Assembly: GCA_001783695.1 (NCBI GenBank)
Contig: MFNE01000046.1
Coordinates: 30,143-94,142 of the forward strand
From: Candidatus Lambdaproteobacteria bacterium RIFOXYD2_FULL_50_16
GTDB taxonomy: Bacteria; SAR324; XYD2-FULL-50-16
Length of the DNA: 64,000 bases
Direction: 5' to 3'
The position numbers and the translations under genes were made by a program. The notes beneath the pieces are model-generated. The model was not told the origin of the DNA and ran no database searches. It worked only from the letters and a program-made list of their open reading frames with translations. Shown here piece after piece: positions 1-10,400 of this stretch. Each line of letters begins with the position of its first letter. Position 1 is the first letter of the stretch.

Positions 1-546
1 ACAGCGGATATGTTCCTTTTCGATATACCCTAATTTCTCCAACTGGTGGGCCTGCTGCTCATTCGGTTCCAGTTTTAACATTCCCTGGTAGAGGTCGATT
101 CGTTGCCGCCCTTGTTCGTCGTGGCTTTTGACCTCCACCCCCAGGGCCGAGGCCCGGACTCGAAGATTGAGATCGTTGGTCACCAAGGTGACGGGTCGGC
201 CTAGACGTTTCTGAATCGCCGCCGTCGCCAATAGCACCCGGTTCGAGCCTTTAAGTGGGTTGAGTCCCCCTTGGGGTTTAAGGCCTTCTTCCAGATCAAC
301 TAACAATACCGACCCGTTTTCCAAGGTGACCCCTTGGGTCAGACTGCCCTCTAAGCGGATTTTGTCCAGATATTGCGCCAACACACGGGCGTTGCGGCCT
401 CGTTCGTTGTATTCCTTTTTAAACTGGTCCATCTCGTCTAAAACCGAGAGGGGCAAGATCAGCTTTGCGCCTGGATAATCAAAGAGCGCGTCTGGGTCTC
501 CCAAAAGGACGTTGGTGTCGAGTACAAAGATTGATTGTTGATTCAT
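1..546 (-). CDS. PIN domain-PhoH family protein (PhoH2-like), N-terminal part; runs off the window's left edge
   Basis: Not in the ORF track. Manual translation from ATG at 546 gives MNQQSIFVLDTNVLLGDPDALF...LPLSVLDEMDQFKK...GRNAR...VTLVTNDLNLRVRASALG, the PIN motif of PhoH-like ATPases. Confidence 0.85.
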   Translation of the reverse strand, partial: MNQQSIFVLDTNVLLGDPDALFDYPGAKLILPLSVLDEMDQFKKEYNERGRNARVLAQYLDKIRLEGSLTQGVTLENGSVLLVDLEEGLKPQGGLNPLKGSNRVLLATAAIQKRLGRPVTLVTNDLNLRVRASALGVEVKSHDEQGRQRIDLYQGMLKLEPNEQQAHQLEKLGYIEKEHIRC

Positions 547-645
547 ATGCACACTTAACGGGCCTGGACAGATTTGAGGCAGGGTGGAATGATTCTGGCT
601 TAGGTCACAGCATAGGACCGCGCAAACTTTTCGACAAGGACCGGC

Positions 646-1548
646 ATGAAAGAATTTCGTCAAGCGGCCACATTAACCGCCATTAAAACGCCCTATTTGG
701 CGGACGGAAAGTTTGATTTAGCCGCTTACGACCGATTGGTGGAGCGGCAGATCGAGGGTGGCATTGATGGACTGATAGTCGGGGGCACCACTGGCGAAGG
801 CCATTTAATGGGATGGGATGAGCATATTATGCTAATCGCTCATACGGTCCACCGCTTTGGTAATCGGCTTTTAGTGGTGGGCAACACGGGCAGCAACAAC
901 ACCCGCGAGGCGGTTAAAGCGACCAGCCAAGGATTTGCGGTGGGTATGGACGCAGCCCTCCAGATCAATCCCTACTATGGCAAAACCTCGCTCTCTGGAT
1001 TAAGAAATCATTTCGGAAAGGTGCTAGAGCTAGGCCCTGCCGTGATTTACAACGTGCCAGGACGTACTGGGCAAGACCTAAATCCAGAATTGATCAAGGA
1101 ACTGGCTAACCATCCCAATCTACTGGGTATCAAAGAATGCGCCGGGACCGAGCGGATAGCGCAATATGAGAAGCTTGGGATTTCTTGTTGGTCAGGTAAC
1201 GACGACCAAGCCTTTACCGATCGGCACCAAGCTAAAAGCCATGGGGTGATTTCGGTAGCCAGTAATCTGCTGCCTAAGACGATGAAGCGTTTAATGACAA
1301 AGCCAGATGAGGCGCTTAATCAGCGGCTCCAGCCCTTTTTTAGCTGGCTGTTTTGCGAACCCAACCCGATTGCGCTGAACACGGCGACGGCGATGTTAGG
1401 GATGGCGGCTCCGGTCTTTAGGCTGCCCTATGTCCCTCTAAGCCTAGCCCAACGGCAGCAAGGCCTGTCTATCATGCGAGAGCTTAGTGACTTGGGCGAA
1501 TTGGGCGAGGCGCGGCTTTTGGCAGACCGGGATTTTACCTGTTTATAG
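646..1548 (+). CDS. dapA: 4-hydroxy-tetrahydrodipicolinate synthase (plant-type DHDPS)
   Basis: Motifs GGTTGEG, NPYYGK, YNVPGRTG, IKEC and EPNPI. Confidence 0.95.
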   Translation: MKEFRQAATLTAIKTPYLADGKFDLAAYDRLVERQIEGGIDGLIVGGTTGEGHLMGWDEHIMLIAHTVHRFGNRLLVVGNTGSNNTREAVKATSQGFAVGMDAALQINPYYGKTSLSGLRNHFGKVLELGPAVIYNVPGRTGQDLNPELIKELANHPNLLGIKECAGTERIAQYEKLGISCWSGNDDQAFTDRHQAKSHGVISVASNLLPKTMKRLMTKPDEALNQRLQPFFSWLFCEPNPIALNTATAMLGMAAPVFRLPYVPLSLAQRQQGLSIMRELSDLGELGEARLLADRDFTCL

Positions 1549-1549
1549 A

Positions 1550-1951
1550 CTAACTTTGGGCGTGATAACCCATCTCTTGCATCAGCTCAGAAAGTTTGCG
1601 TTGTTGGATGGGTTTGACCAAGTAATACTCAGCCCCAGCCGAAAAGGCGCTCATTACATTGTGAGCGTCACCCAAGGCGGTCACCATCACGACCTTGGCC
1701 CCCTCTCCCTTATTAAGCCCGCGGACGGTCTCAGATTTTCGCAGCGCAGCCAGACAGTCGTGGCCGTTCATCTGGGGCATCATAATATCTAAAAAGATCA
1801 CCTCGTAAGGCTCCCCTTTGTCCCATGCCAGATTAAACTGGTTAAGTCCAATCTGCCCGTCTTCGGCTAACTCAATAGCCCCAAAGGGTTTAACCAAGGC
1901 AAGGAGCAACTTGCGGTTGATCTCGTCGTCATCAACAATCAATATTTTCAT
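1550..1951 (-). CDS. Single-domain response regulator (REC)
   Basis: ILIVDDD, FLDIMMPQMNG, VTA and YLVKP receiver motifs; ATG at 1951. Confidence 0.9.
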   Translation of the reverse strand: MKILIVDDDEINRKLLLALVKPFGAIELAEDGQIGLNQFNLAWDKGEPYEVIFLDIMMPQMNGHDCLAALRKSETVRGLNKGEGAKVVMVTALGDAHNVMSAFSAGAEYYLVKPIQQRKLSELMQEMGYHAQS

Positions 1952-2002
1952 CAAACCCTTTGGGATGCATGCATGAACAACAGGTTGAGTGTAACAAAGA
2001 TT

Positions 2003-4636
2003 TTATTTTAAATCTACTGATTCAAAAATCATCCGACAACTTGAACCAAAAAACTCAACTTCTTTGGCGATGTTTTCCATTAGTTGAATACCCCGACCTT
2101 GGATCCGTAAGGGGCCTTCTTTTTCTATGCGTTTTTTTTCTACAGACAGATCAAAGCCCGGGCCCTGATCCGAGACTAAAAGATTTAGGCGGTTATTTTC
2201 GACCCATGCATCCACCCAAACCGGGAGATGTTCCGCATTTTTGTTGCCATGTTCGACCGCGTTCATCAGGGCTTCCTTGATTGCTACCGAGGTCATGGGC
2301 CAATCGAAATTAAGAGCCGAATTTTGATCCAAGTACGCCTTGATTTGTGCAACCTCAATCTGGGTTTGGTCCAGATTGCAGGGCATGAGGTGATGGTAGC
2401 CTTTCCTTGCTTCTAAGGGTTTGGCCTTAAATACCGCCAAGGTTAAATCGTCTTTGATCTCCATCGAGCGGGTCACAAAGTCCACGATCCCCTCTAACAT
2501 TTCTACTGGGCTATCCCCTTTAAGGCTTAATTGGCCAATCAAGTCGTTGGGCACCGCCTCTAAAACCCCGTCGGTCGCCAAAATCAAGGAACTGCCCGGC
2601 TCCAGGTCGATCTTGCCTTGGTCAAACATTTCTAATTCAGGAAACATCCCTATTGGAATCCCACGCCAATTCAGGGACTGGCGGGTGCCATCTGGTTTGA
2701 TTAAAAGCCCGTCAGGAATACCCGAGTTGGCCCAATGCAAGACCCTGGTCAAGGGATCCCAAAGGAGCACTAGAGCGCAAATGTAGCGTTTGTCCTCCTC
2801 AAACTGCGGGGTTTCAAAGAGTTTGTTGAGATAAACCAATAAATCAAACGGATGCGAGTGGGACCGCCAGACCCCTTTGACTAACCCAGCAAACCAACTG
2901 GCTGTGTAACCAGATTTAACATCATGTCCCGAGACATCGGCCAGGATTAATCCGTAACGCCCGTGTAGGCTAAAATGCTGGCTTAAAACTAGGTCGCCGC
3001 CAATCTTGCGAATCGACTTTTGCCAAACTGCCAACTGGTCGCCAGAGGCAGCCATTGAATCCTCAACGCTGACCTGACTTTTTAAAGAGCGCAGACTGTT
3101 AAAGTCATCAATCATCTCCTCGAAATTTCGTTGCTGTTGTAATTGTTTGCTGTGATGCTCAACAACCTCTGCAATTTTTTGTCGGTCAAAGGGATAGGCG
3201 ATATAACGCTCAAAACGCGCAAGCCAAATCTCTTCGGCACCACAAAGGGTGCCTATAAGGGTTAGTGCTTGGGTGGGATATTGGTCCCTTATCAAATAGG
3301 TCAGCCGCCAATCGGTCTCCAGGTCGATCAAAATCAAATTAAACTGACTTTTTTCCACCGCTTCGAGCAAGACTTTCTCCCCCTCTAAAAACTGGCAGCT
3401 TAAATCTAATTCGTTAATGATCTTTTCTAAGAGAAAACGGTAAACCTGATTTTGGGTGTAAATACCCAAAGAAAAGGTTTTGGTGGAGGCTTGCTTGGGT
3501 TCCGACTCAGTTTGGGTCAGTTCGCCGACCAATTGGAACAAATTGATCACGTCGATTGGTTTGGGGAGGTAGTTATCGCAACCTGCCGCTAAACACAACT
3601 CTCTATCACCTCGCATTGCTAAGGCAGTCAGAGCCAAAATCGGGGTGCGTGTTTGTTGGTTTTCTTCTTCAAATTGCCTAATTCTTCGGGTCGCTTCGAA
3701 GCCGTCCATGATGGGCATGTTTATGTCCATCACCACCAGATCAAAGGAATCCTCCTTAAAACGCTCGACCGCCGCCTGTCCATCACAAGCCTCTACACAA
3801 TTTGCATTGAGCCGTTTTAACATCTGCTTCAATAAGAGTCGGTTGTGAGGCAGGTCTTCGACAATTAAAACTTTGATTCCCTCGGTGCTTCCGATAACAG
3901 GTTGCTGCAAAGGGGTAAAAAAATTGGCCTTGGTTAATTCAGCGAGGGCCATTGATAACCGGCCTAGGAGGCCTGGATATAGATCTAGAAGTTCCTTATA
4001 TTCCCGGTCATCCACTTGCATTCGGCGCCGTTTGAGCCCAAAAAACCGATCAACCCAATCCTCTAGTTCATGGGCTCCCAGGTGGCCTGCTTGTTGGCCA
4101 AAGGTCTCCCAAGGCCTTAATCCACCCTCAGGCGACTTTAGTAATTGAGAACCAAGGATTACCAATTGGGTTAACAATTCTTGGTAAAAAACTCGGTCCT
4201 TTTGGGCGTAACCCAGTCCCTTGTTGAGGTTTAAAACCTCGGGACGAAAGCCTTCGGGTCTGGGCTTGCGAAAGGTACGGGTGCGGTGCTGCTTGAAGAA
4301 ACGCTCAAGTGCCAAGAGTCGAAGTTTTAAGATATCTTGGCATTTAACCACCTCATCTAAACCAGCTTTGAATAACTGGGGAGGGGTCTGGCTGGGGCTA
4401 GTCTCTATATAGAGTAGGTAGAGATAATATGGGAATTGGCGAAGCCGGAGAATACAGTTTTCAATCTCTGGTCCAACCACGCCCTTGATTAAGACAAGTT
4501 CTAGGTCAGGGTTGGACCCGGCCCAGTCTAAAAGAGTATCGCCGTCTTCAAAAAGCTCAACCTCGAAGCCCCAATCTGCCAGTTTGGCGGGGACCTCTGC
4601 TAGGTCGTTTTTTTTGGCTAAGAGCGCTAGCTTCAT
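2003..4636 (-). CDS. Hybrid signalling protein: pseudo-REC, degenerate Hpt-like, REC, pseudo-REC, PP2C/SpoIIE phosphatase and RsbW-type anti-sigma kinase (HATPase_c_2)
   Basis: REC: VLIVEDL, MDINMPIMDG, LPKP. PP2C: LADVSGH, ATDGV, KDDLT. Kinase: EALMNAVEHG, DQGPGF, GRGI. Confidence 0.85.
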   Translation of the reverse strand: MKLALLAKKNDLAEVPAKLADWGFEVELFEDGDTLLDWAGSNPDLELVLIKGVVGPEIENCILRLRQFPYYLYLLYIETSPSQTPPQLFKAGLDEVVKCQDILKLRLLALERFFKQHRTRTFRKPRPEGFRPEVLNLNKGLGYAQKDRVFYQELLTQLVILGSQLLKSPEGGLRPWETFGQQAGHLGAHELEDWVDRFFGLKRRRMQVDDREYKELLDLYPGLLGRLSMALAELTKANFFTPLQQPVIGSTEGIKVLIVEDLPHNRLLLKQMLKRLNANCVEACDGQAAVERFKEDSFDLVVMDINMPIMDGFEATRRIRQFEEENQQTRTPILALTALAMRGDRELCLAAGCDNYLPKPIDVINLFQLVGELTQTESEPKQASTKTFSLGIYTQNQVYRFLLEKIINELDLSCQFLEGEKVLLEAVEKSQFNLILIDLETDWRLTYLIRDQYPTQALTLIGTLCGAEEIWLARFERYIAYPFDRQKIAEVVEHHSKQLQQQRNFEEMIDDFNSLRSLKSQVSVEDSMAASGDQLAVWQKSIRKIGGDLVLSQHFSLHGRYGLILADVSGHDVKSGYTASWFAGLVKGVWRSHSHPFDLLVYLNKLFETPQFEEDKRYICALVLLWDPLTRVLHWANSGIPDGLLIKPDGTRQSLNWRGIPIGMFPELEMFDQGKIDLEPGSSLILATDGVLEAVPNDLIGQLSLKGDSPVEMLEGIVDFVTRSMEIKDDLTLAVFKAKPLEARKGYHHLMPCNLDQTQIEVAQIKAYLDQNSALNFDWPMTSVAIKEALMNAVEHGNKNAEHLPVWVDAWVENNRLNLLVSDQGPGFDLSVEKKRIEKEGPLRIQGRGIQLMENIAKEVEFFGSSCRMIFESVDLK

Positions 4637-4644
4637 CGGCTAGT

Positions 4645-5019
4645 TTAAGAAAGGTCCAATTTTAAAACCTGGACCACCCGGGCTAAAAGGTCTTCGTGGG
4701 TGAACGGTTTGGTCAGATAGTGCCGTATCCCGGCGCGAATGGCTTTTAACATCGAGTCCTTTCGGTCCTCGGCAGTTAACATAATTACTGGGATGTTAGT
4801 ATATTGCGGATTGTCTCGTAAGCTTAAAAATAGATCGAAACCATCCATGCCGGGCATATGCCAGTCGAGGATTAACAGGTCCACCGAGGTTACCTTAAGC
4901 ACCGCCATGGCCTCTTCGGCATTTCCGGCTTCTAAGATATTAAACTGTAAAATGTTCAAGGCTTCGTGAACGATTCGCCTTAAAGACGAGCTATCATCAA
5001 TGATCAAGATGGTTTTCAT
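4645..5019 (-). CDS. cheY: CheY-like response regulator
   Basis: ILIIDDS, LDWHMPGMDG, MLTAE and YLTKPF; lies inside the che operon. Confidence 0.8.
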   Translation of the reverse strand: MKTILIIDDSSSLRRIVHEALNILQFNILEAGNAEEAMAVLKVTSVDLLILDWHMPGMDGFDLFLSLRDNPQYTNIPVIMLTAEDRKDSMLKAIRAGIRHYLTKPFTHEDLLARVVQVLKLDLS

Positions 5020-5020
5020 A

Positions 5021-5869
5021 TTATCCCTTTTTGATCACTTCGTAATACAAGCCATTACCATGCGAACGGTTGGCAAAGGGCGCGTTTAATGAAAACAAAG
5101 ATTCAGTGGCCCCTAAAAGCATAATCCCGCCAGGGCAAAGCTGTTTGGCGATTTTTTCAAAAAGTTGTTCTTTGAAATCTTTAGCGAAATAAATGGCCAC
5201 ATTTCGGCAAAACACCAAGTCAAAGATACCTAAGGGAGAAAAATTGTCCATTAAGTTAAAATGTTTAAACTCAACTCTATCACGAATTGACTGTTTAAGT
5301 TGAAAGGTTCCGCCTTGGGATTCAAAAAAACGGTCCCTGCGCTCTTGGGAAAGTCCGCGGCTGATAGTAAAGCTGTCGTAGCGGGCGGCGCGGCCTAAAA
5401 AGATGGCTGCTGTCGAAATATCGGTGCCGAGGATTTCAAATCGTTCTGCTAGCGAGGGTACGGCCAGTTTCTCACATTCTTCTTGGATCAACATGGCCAA
5501 ACTGTAACCCTCTTGCCCTGTTGAACTGGCAGCAGACCAGACCCTGATTTTAGGTTGCCCAGCTTCAAGTTGTTTAAAAAACTTGGGCAATAATACCTCG
5601 CGCAAGGTGTTCCAGCAGGAATCGTCGCGAAACCAAAGGGTTTCGTTGGTGGTCATCAGGTCCACAACTCTTGGCAGGAGTTCAGGCTCAGCAATAATCG
5701 CTCGGTGAAACTCGCTAAAGTCAGCGGCCCCAATCTCTATGGCCAATTCAGTCAAGCGGGTCTCGACAAGGTAGTCTTGGTCCGGCTTAAGCTCGATCCC
5801 GCAAACACTGACCAGGAGGTCCCGTATCTTTAAAAATTCTTTTTGTGATAAGGGTTTAATAGCGTTCAT
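5021..5869 (-). CDS. cheR: Chemotaxis methyltransferase CheR
   Basis: TTNETLWFRD, WSAASSTGQEGYS, GTDIS and FCRNVAIYF motifs. Confidence 0.95.
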   Translation of the reverse strand: MNAIKPLSQKEFLKIRDLLVSVCGIELKPDQDYLVETRLTELAIEIGAADFSEFHRAIIAEPELLPRVVDLMTTNETLWFRDDSCWNTLREVLLPKFFKQLEAGQPKIRVWSAASSTGQEGYSLAMLIQEECEKLAVPSLAERFEILGTDISTAAIFLGRAARYDSFTISRGLSQERRDRFFESQGGTFQLKQSIRDRVEFKHFNLMDNFSPLGIFDLVFCRNVAIYFAKDFKEQLFEKIAKQLCPGGIMLLGATESLFSLNAPFANRSHGNGLYYEVIKKG

Positions 5870-5876
5870 GAACCCT

Positions 5877-6944
5877 TTAGCGGTATTGATTGGCCAGCTG
5901 GACCAGACGATCCCCTATTTTCTCTAAAGGCAAGACCTCGTCGGCAATCCCCGCTTCGCTAACACTGCCAGGCATACCCCAAACCACAGAGGTCGCTTGA
6001 TCTTGGATCAAACAATAGGTACCTCGTTGTTTTAGCAATTTGACCCCTTCGGTGCCATCTCGACCCATTCCCGTCATCACTACTGAAAGCGCATGGACCC
6101 CGTCCAGGCCAGCTACGGATTCAAATAAAACGTCAACCGCAGGTTTGCAGTGATTAACCGGGGGGCCATCGTTTAAGGCGATGCGAAATCCGCCAGCCGC
6201 CTTGTTTATCGTCATATGTATCCCGCCAGGAGCAATATACACCTCGCCTGGGTGCAATCGGTCCCCCTCTTGGGCTTCTTTAATGGACATCGGGCTGATT
6301 TGATCCAACCGTTCTGCCAAGCTAGCGGTAAACATAGGGGGCATATGTTGAACAATCAAAACCGGGCAAGGAAATTTGCTTTTGATCGAGCCAAACAGGG
6401 CGTTTAAGGCGTTAGGGCCTCCTGTGGATATGCCAATCAGAATTAAATCAATTGCCCTACCCACCCCTTTATCAGGGCTTAGGACGGGTTTGAGAGGGGC
6501 CGTTACTCTGAGTGTTTCTTTGGTTTCGCCATAAACCATCTCCCGCACTAGATCCACCAGGGGAGTCAGCGCTTCAACCAATTGTTTGAGGCTTTCTTCC
6601 ATCGCCCCGCCTTGGGGCTTAGCCACAAAGGTGAGCGCTCCTGCCGCCAGCGAATCCAGGGTCGCTTGGGCCATTTCTTTATCAATCCCCGAGACCATTA
6701 CTACATGGATATTCGGGAAATCCTGTTTAATCAGCCGCAATGTTTGGATCCCGTCCAGATCGGGCATCATCACATCTAAGAAAATCAGGTCTGGCTTGGT
6801 CGAAGGGATTTTCATTAAGGCAGCTCGGCCCGAGGCGGCGCTTGTGACCAACTCGGTACCTGGGACCATCTCCACAACCTTAGACATGATCTGGCGATAG
6901 GTAATGGTGTCGTCAACCACCATAATTTTGACGTTACTGGCCAT
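5877..6944 (-). CDS. cheB: Chemotaxis methylesterase/response regulator CheB
   Basis: N-terminal REC domain, then GISTGGP, VQHMP and MTGMGRDG (Ser-His-Asp triad). Confidence 0.95.
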   Translation of the reverse strand: MASNVKIMVVDDTITYRQIMSKVVEMVPGTELVTSAASGRAALMKIPSTKPDLIFLDVMMPDLDGIQTLRLIKQDFPNIHVVMVSGIDKEMAQATLDSLAAGALTFVAKPQGGAMEESLKQLVEALTPLVDLVREMVYGETKETLRVTAPLKPVLSPDKGVGRAIDLILIGISTGGPNALNALFGSIKSKFPCPVLIVQHMPPMFTASLAERLDQISPMSIKEAQEGDRLHPGEVYIAPGGIHMTINKAAGGFRIALNDGPPVNHCKPAVDVLFESVAGLDGVHALSVVMTGMGRDGTEGVKLLKQRGTYCLIQDQATSVVWGMPGSVSEAGIADEVLPLEKIGDRLVQLANQYR

Positions 6945-6963
6945 GATCTAAATTAATAATAGG

Positions 6964-7461
6964 TTAATGAACGCTGTCGTCAGATGGAATACACATCTTA
7001 GCAAGATTGCTCATCTCTAAAACAATGATCAGCTTTTTGCCCTGCTGAATAATCCCAGAGACAAAATCCTTTTTGTTAATCGAGAGATTGGGTGGAGCCG
7101 GTCGTATGTCTTCGGGTTCGATCTCGATTACATCGCCAATTCGGTCAATCACAATGGCCAAGGTGTCTTTGGACATATGGACCTCGCCGATCAGGTCATT
7201 TTTGTATAGGTCTTCTAACTCACCCTGGTTTTTTAAAATAATCAACCGCCGGTCTGCGGGGTCAGCTGAAGATTTTTGATTTAAAAAGACCCCAGGGTCC
7301 ATAACCGTGACCACCTGCCCTCGCAAGTTCATCAGCCCCAAAATAAATTCTGGCGACATGGGAACATCTGTGATCTCCTGGATCTTACCGATCTCTTTGG
7401 TATAGAGAATATCGACACCAAAAATTTCGTCACCAATATGAAACGTGGCCACCTGTGGCAT
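6964..7461 (-). CDS. cheW: Chemotaxis coupling protein CheW
   Basis: ITDVP..P.FILGLMNLRGQVVTV motif; GTG start. Confidence 0.9.
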   Translation of the reverse strand: MPQVATFHIGDEIFGVDILYTKEIGKIQEITDVPMSPEFILGLMNLRGQVVTVMDPGVFLNQKSSADPADRRLIILKNQGELEDLYKNDLIGEVHMSKDTLAIVIDRIGDVIEIEPEDIRPAPPNLSINKKDFVSGIIQQGKKLIIVLEMSNLAKMCIPSDDSVH

Positions 7462-7473
7462 TGTGCCTCCCTA

Positions 7474-10400
7474 TCATTGGATAAATCGATTAACAGTCTG
7501 GAGCATTTTTTCTTTGTCCAGCTTGATCATCCATTCGTTAAACCCTGCCTTTTTGCCTTCGGCAATCAGTTTTTCGTCGTCTAAGCTGGTTAAGGCGATA
7601 ACCGGTAGGTCATTGTATTTAGGATCGGCTCTAAGCGCGCGGATAACGTCAAACCCGTCCATCACCGGCATCTCAATATCGCATAGGACCACATCGTAGT
7701 CACCCCGCTCAATCGCTTCTAGGCCGACCTTGCCGTTTTCCTCGACATCCACCACGAAGCCCACGCTGGTCAAATATTCGCGGACGATGGTTTGGAAAAG
7801 AGGGGTGTCTTCGATCACTAAAATTTTGGAGGTTTTGGTCTGGTCCTCCCTAAAGTGGACCCGGTGAAGTGCATCGGGCTCGCCCTGTTCTAGGATCGAG
7901 TAGAGGTCTAAAATTAAAGTGATTTTTCCATCGATCAGGGTGCTACCTAAGATCCCTGGCCCATGAATGGCCCCTTCGGCAATGTCGATCAACATGGTTT
8001 TGGTATCCACCACTTGGTTGATCATAATACCCACCGGCATATGTGTTTCCTTGGGGATAATAATGTTGGCCTTTTCGCCGCGATTTGCGGGTTTTTGTAC
8101 GGTCAGATAATCAGAAAGATGCAAAATCCTCATCTGCTCGCCCCGGTATTCGAGGTAATCCTTGCCACCAACCACTTGAATTCGCTTAAGGTCAATCTCG
8201 TCCACTCGTTGAATCAAGGGGATGGTAATGGCGAACTGTTCGTCGGTGCCATTGTCGAAAATCAAAAGCGACTGCGCTTCTTCGACCGACTTCTTGACTA
8301 ACTCTAAGGACTTGTTCCGGCTTTTTCCCTCGGTTAGACTCAATTGGTTTTTTTGGACAAAACCCAAGGTGTCAATAATCATGGCCACCGTACCATCACC
8401 TAAAATCGTTGCGCCTGAGAAAAAGCTCAAATGTTTGAGGTATTCAGGCATGGGCTTAACCACAATCTCTTCGGAGCCCACAATAGCGTCAACTACCACC
8501 CCAACCTTGTTGATCCCAACCGAAATAATCAATACGCGCACCGCTTCTTTGCGTTTGGTCTCGGCGCCCTCAACACTGGTATTGTAATAAATCGACTGGT
8601 CCTCTTCGGTTTCTAAATGGCTACGACCTTGGCGAACGACTTTGCGGTTGTTGAGTTTTCGCAAATAAGCTCGGTAAGCCTTGTGCCCGACCGATTCCTC
8701 GATACCCAACCCTTCGGCCAAGGATATCAAGGGGAGCAAATCCCCCCGAAGTTTAAGAACTTCACGGTCTTGCACATAACCCAACATTTCTTGGTAATCT
8801 TCAGGTTTAAGCATAACCAATTCTTCTAGGTTCACTTGGGGAATCGCAAACCTTTGGCCTTCGGACTGGACAATCAAACAGCTAACAATTGCCATGGTCA
8901 AAGGCAGGGTCAGCTTGATCGTAGTGCCTTGACCCACAACTGAATCAAGGCGCACAGAGCCACCGATTTGCTCGATGTTGCTGCGTACCACGTCCATCCC
9001 TACTCCTCGGCCTGACACACTCGAAACCGTGGTCGCAGTCGAGAACCCTGGCAAAAAAATCAGGTTGGCCTTTTCTCGCTCTGAAAGCGCGGCCAGTTCC
9101 TCTTCGGTCATCAGTCCTTTTTTGTGGACTGCGGCCGCGATTTTGTCAGGGTCAATCCCGCCGCCATCGTCTTTGATCTCAATAATCACTTGGCCCGACT
9201 CGTGGTAGGCCTTGAGCAGCAACTTGCCTTGAGGGGGTTTGCCCGCTTTTTTGCGTACCGCCGGCAGCTCGATCCCGTGGTCGGCGGTGTTGCGGATCAT
9301 GTGGGTCAAGGGGTCTGAAAGGGCCTCTAGTACGGTTTTATCCAATTCAACTTCGTCCCCTTCGGTGACCAAATTAATGTCTTTACCTAGGCTTCGACCT
9401 AGTTCGCGTACTAAGCGGGGGAACTTGCCGAAAACGGTTTGTACCGCTTGCATCCGGGTGTTAAGAATCTCTTCTTGCAACTCGGTAGTAACCATGTTCA
9501 GGCTTTGCAAAATGGTCATCAACCCAGGAGTCCGCTTCGCTTCCTTTTCTCCGGTTTGCAAGAGTTGGTTACGGACTAAAACCAATTCGCCAGCTAAATC
9601 GACCAGTTTGTTTAATTTAGCCACCCCAACCCGGATCGACTCGTCGCCTTTGAGTTTTTTATTGTCCATCCCCTTGGCCGAAGCCACCGCTGGGGGCCCC
9701 GCCTTGAGGGTGGGTAGGCTGGCAGAGGCCGCTTCTTCCTGCTCTTCGTCGGGTTCTGGATCAGGTTCGGGTTCGGGCGCAGCAACAGGAGCCGCTTTGG
9801 GAGTCGGCTTCGCGGCGGCAGGTTTGGTTGCGGGTTTTGCCGGACCAGCAGGTAAATTGATGGCTAACTTGCCATCAGCGATTTCTTCGGGTTTGAGATA
9901 ACGGATTTGTGATTCGGTAATCGCTAACCCTTCAGCGGCAATCGCCGGCTCCATGATCGAAGCAAATACAAAAATAAAACGCAGATCCTCATCTGCTTCG
10001 CCTTCGCCTAAAGCCTCGGCATCGTCCACGTCCAGATAGGAATCTACAAAGCGTCCTAACTCTTCTAAATCGCAGATAAATTGATAAGGGGTCTTGCCTT
10101 TGGACATGATGTCCTGGTTGAGGAAGACACTCACCACATAGAGGTTCATCCCGTTTTGTTGAGCCAGTTCGATCTCATTTTTGGGGATCAAAAACTCTGT
10201 TTTTTTAACGGACTCTGCCGCAGGCTCAGCCGGTTCGGCAGCAGCAACAGCTTCAGGCTTTGGGGCTGGCGGTTTAGCGGGTGCAGCGGCTTTGGATGTT
10301 GCGGGCTTAGGGGGCTCGGGCGCAGCTTGATTGCCTGAAACTTCAAGCAAAGATTCGATTAATTGTTTTTCTTGGGTGCAATCGACCTTGTTGGAGTTTT

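Noticed and set aside
9700-10330. Pro/Ala/Lys/Glu-rich repeats in CheA (PEPEPDPEPD, PAKPATKPAAAKP)
   Set aside because: Ordinary flexible CheA linkers, not a DNA repeat array.
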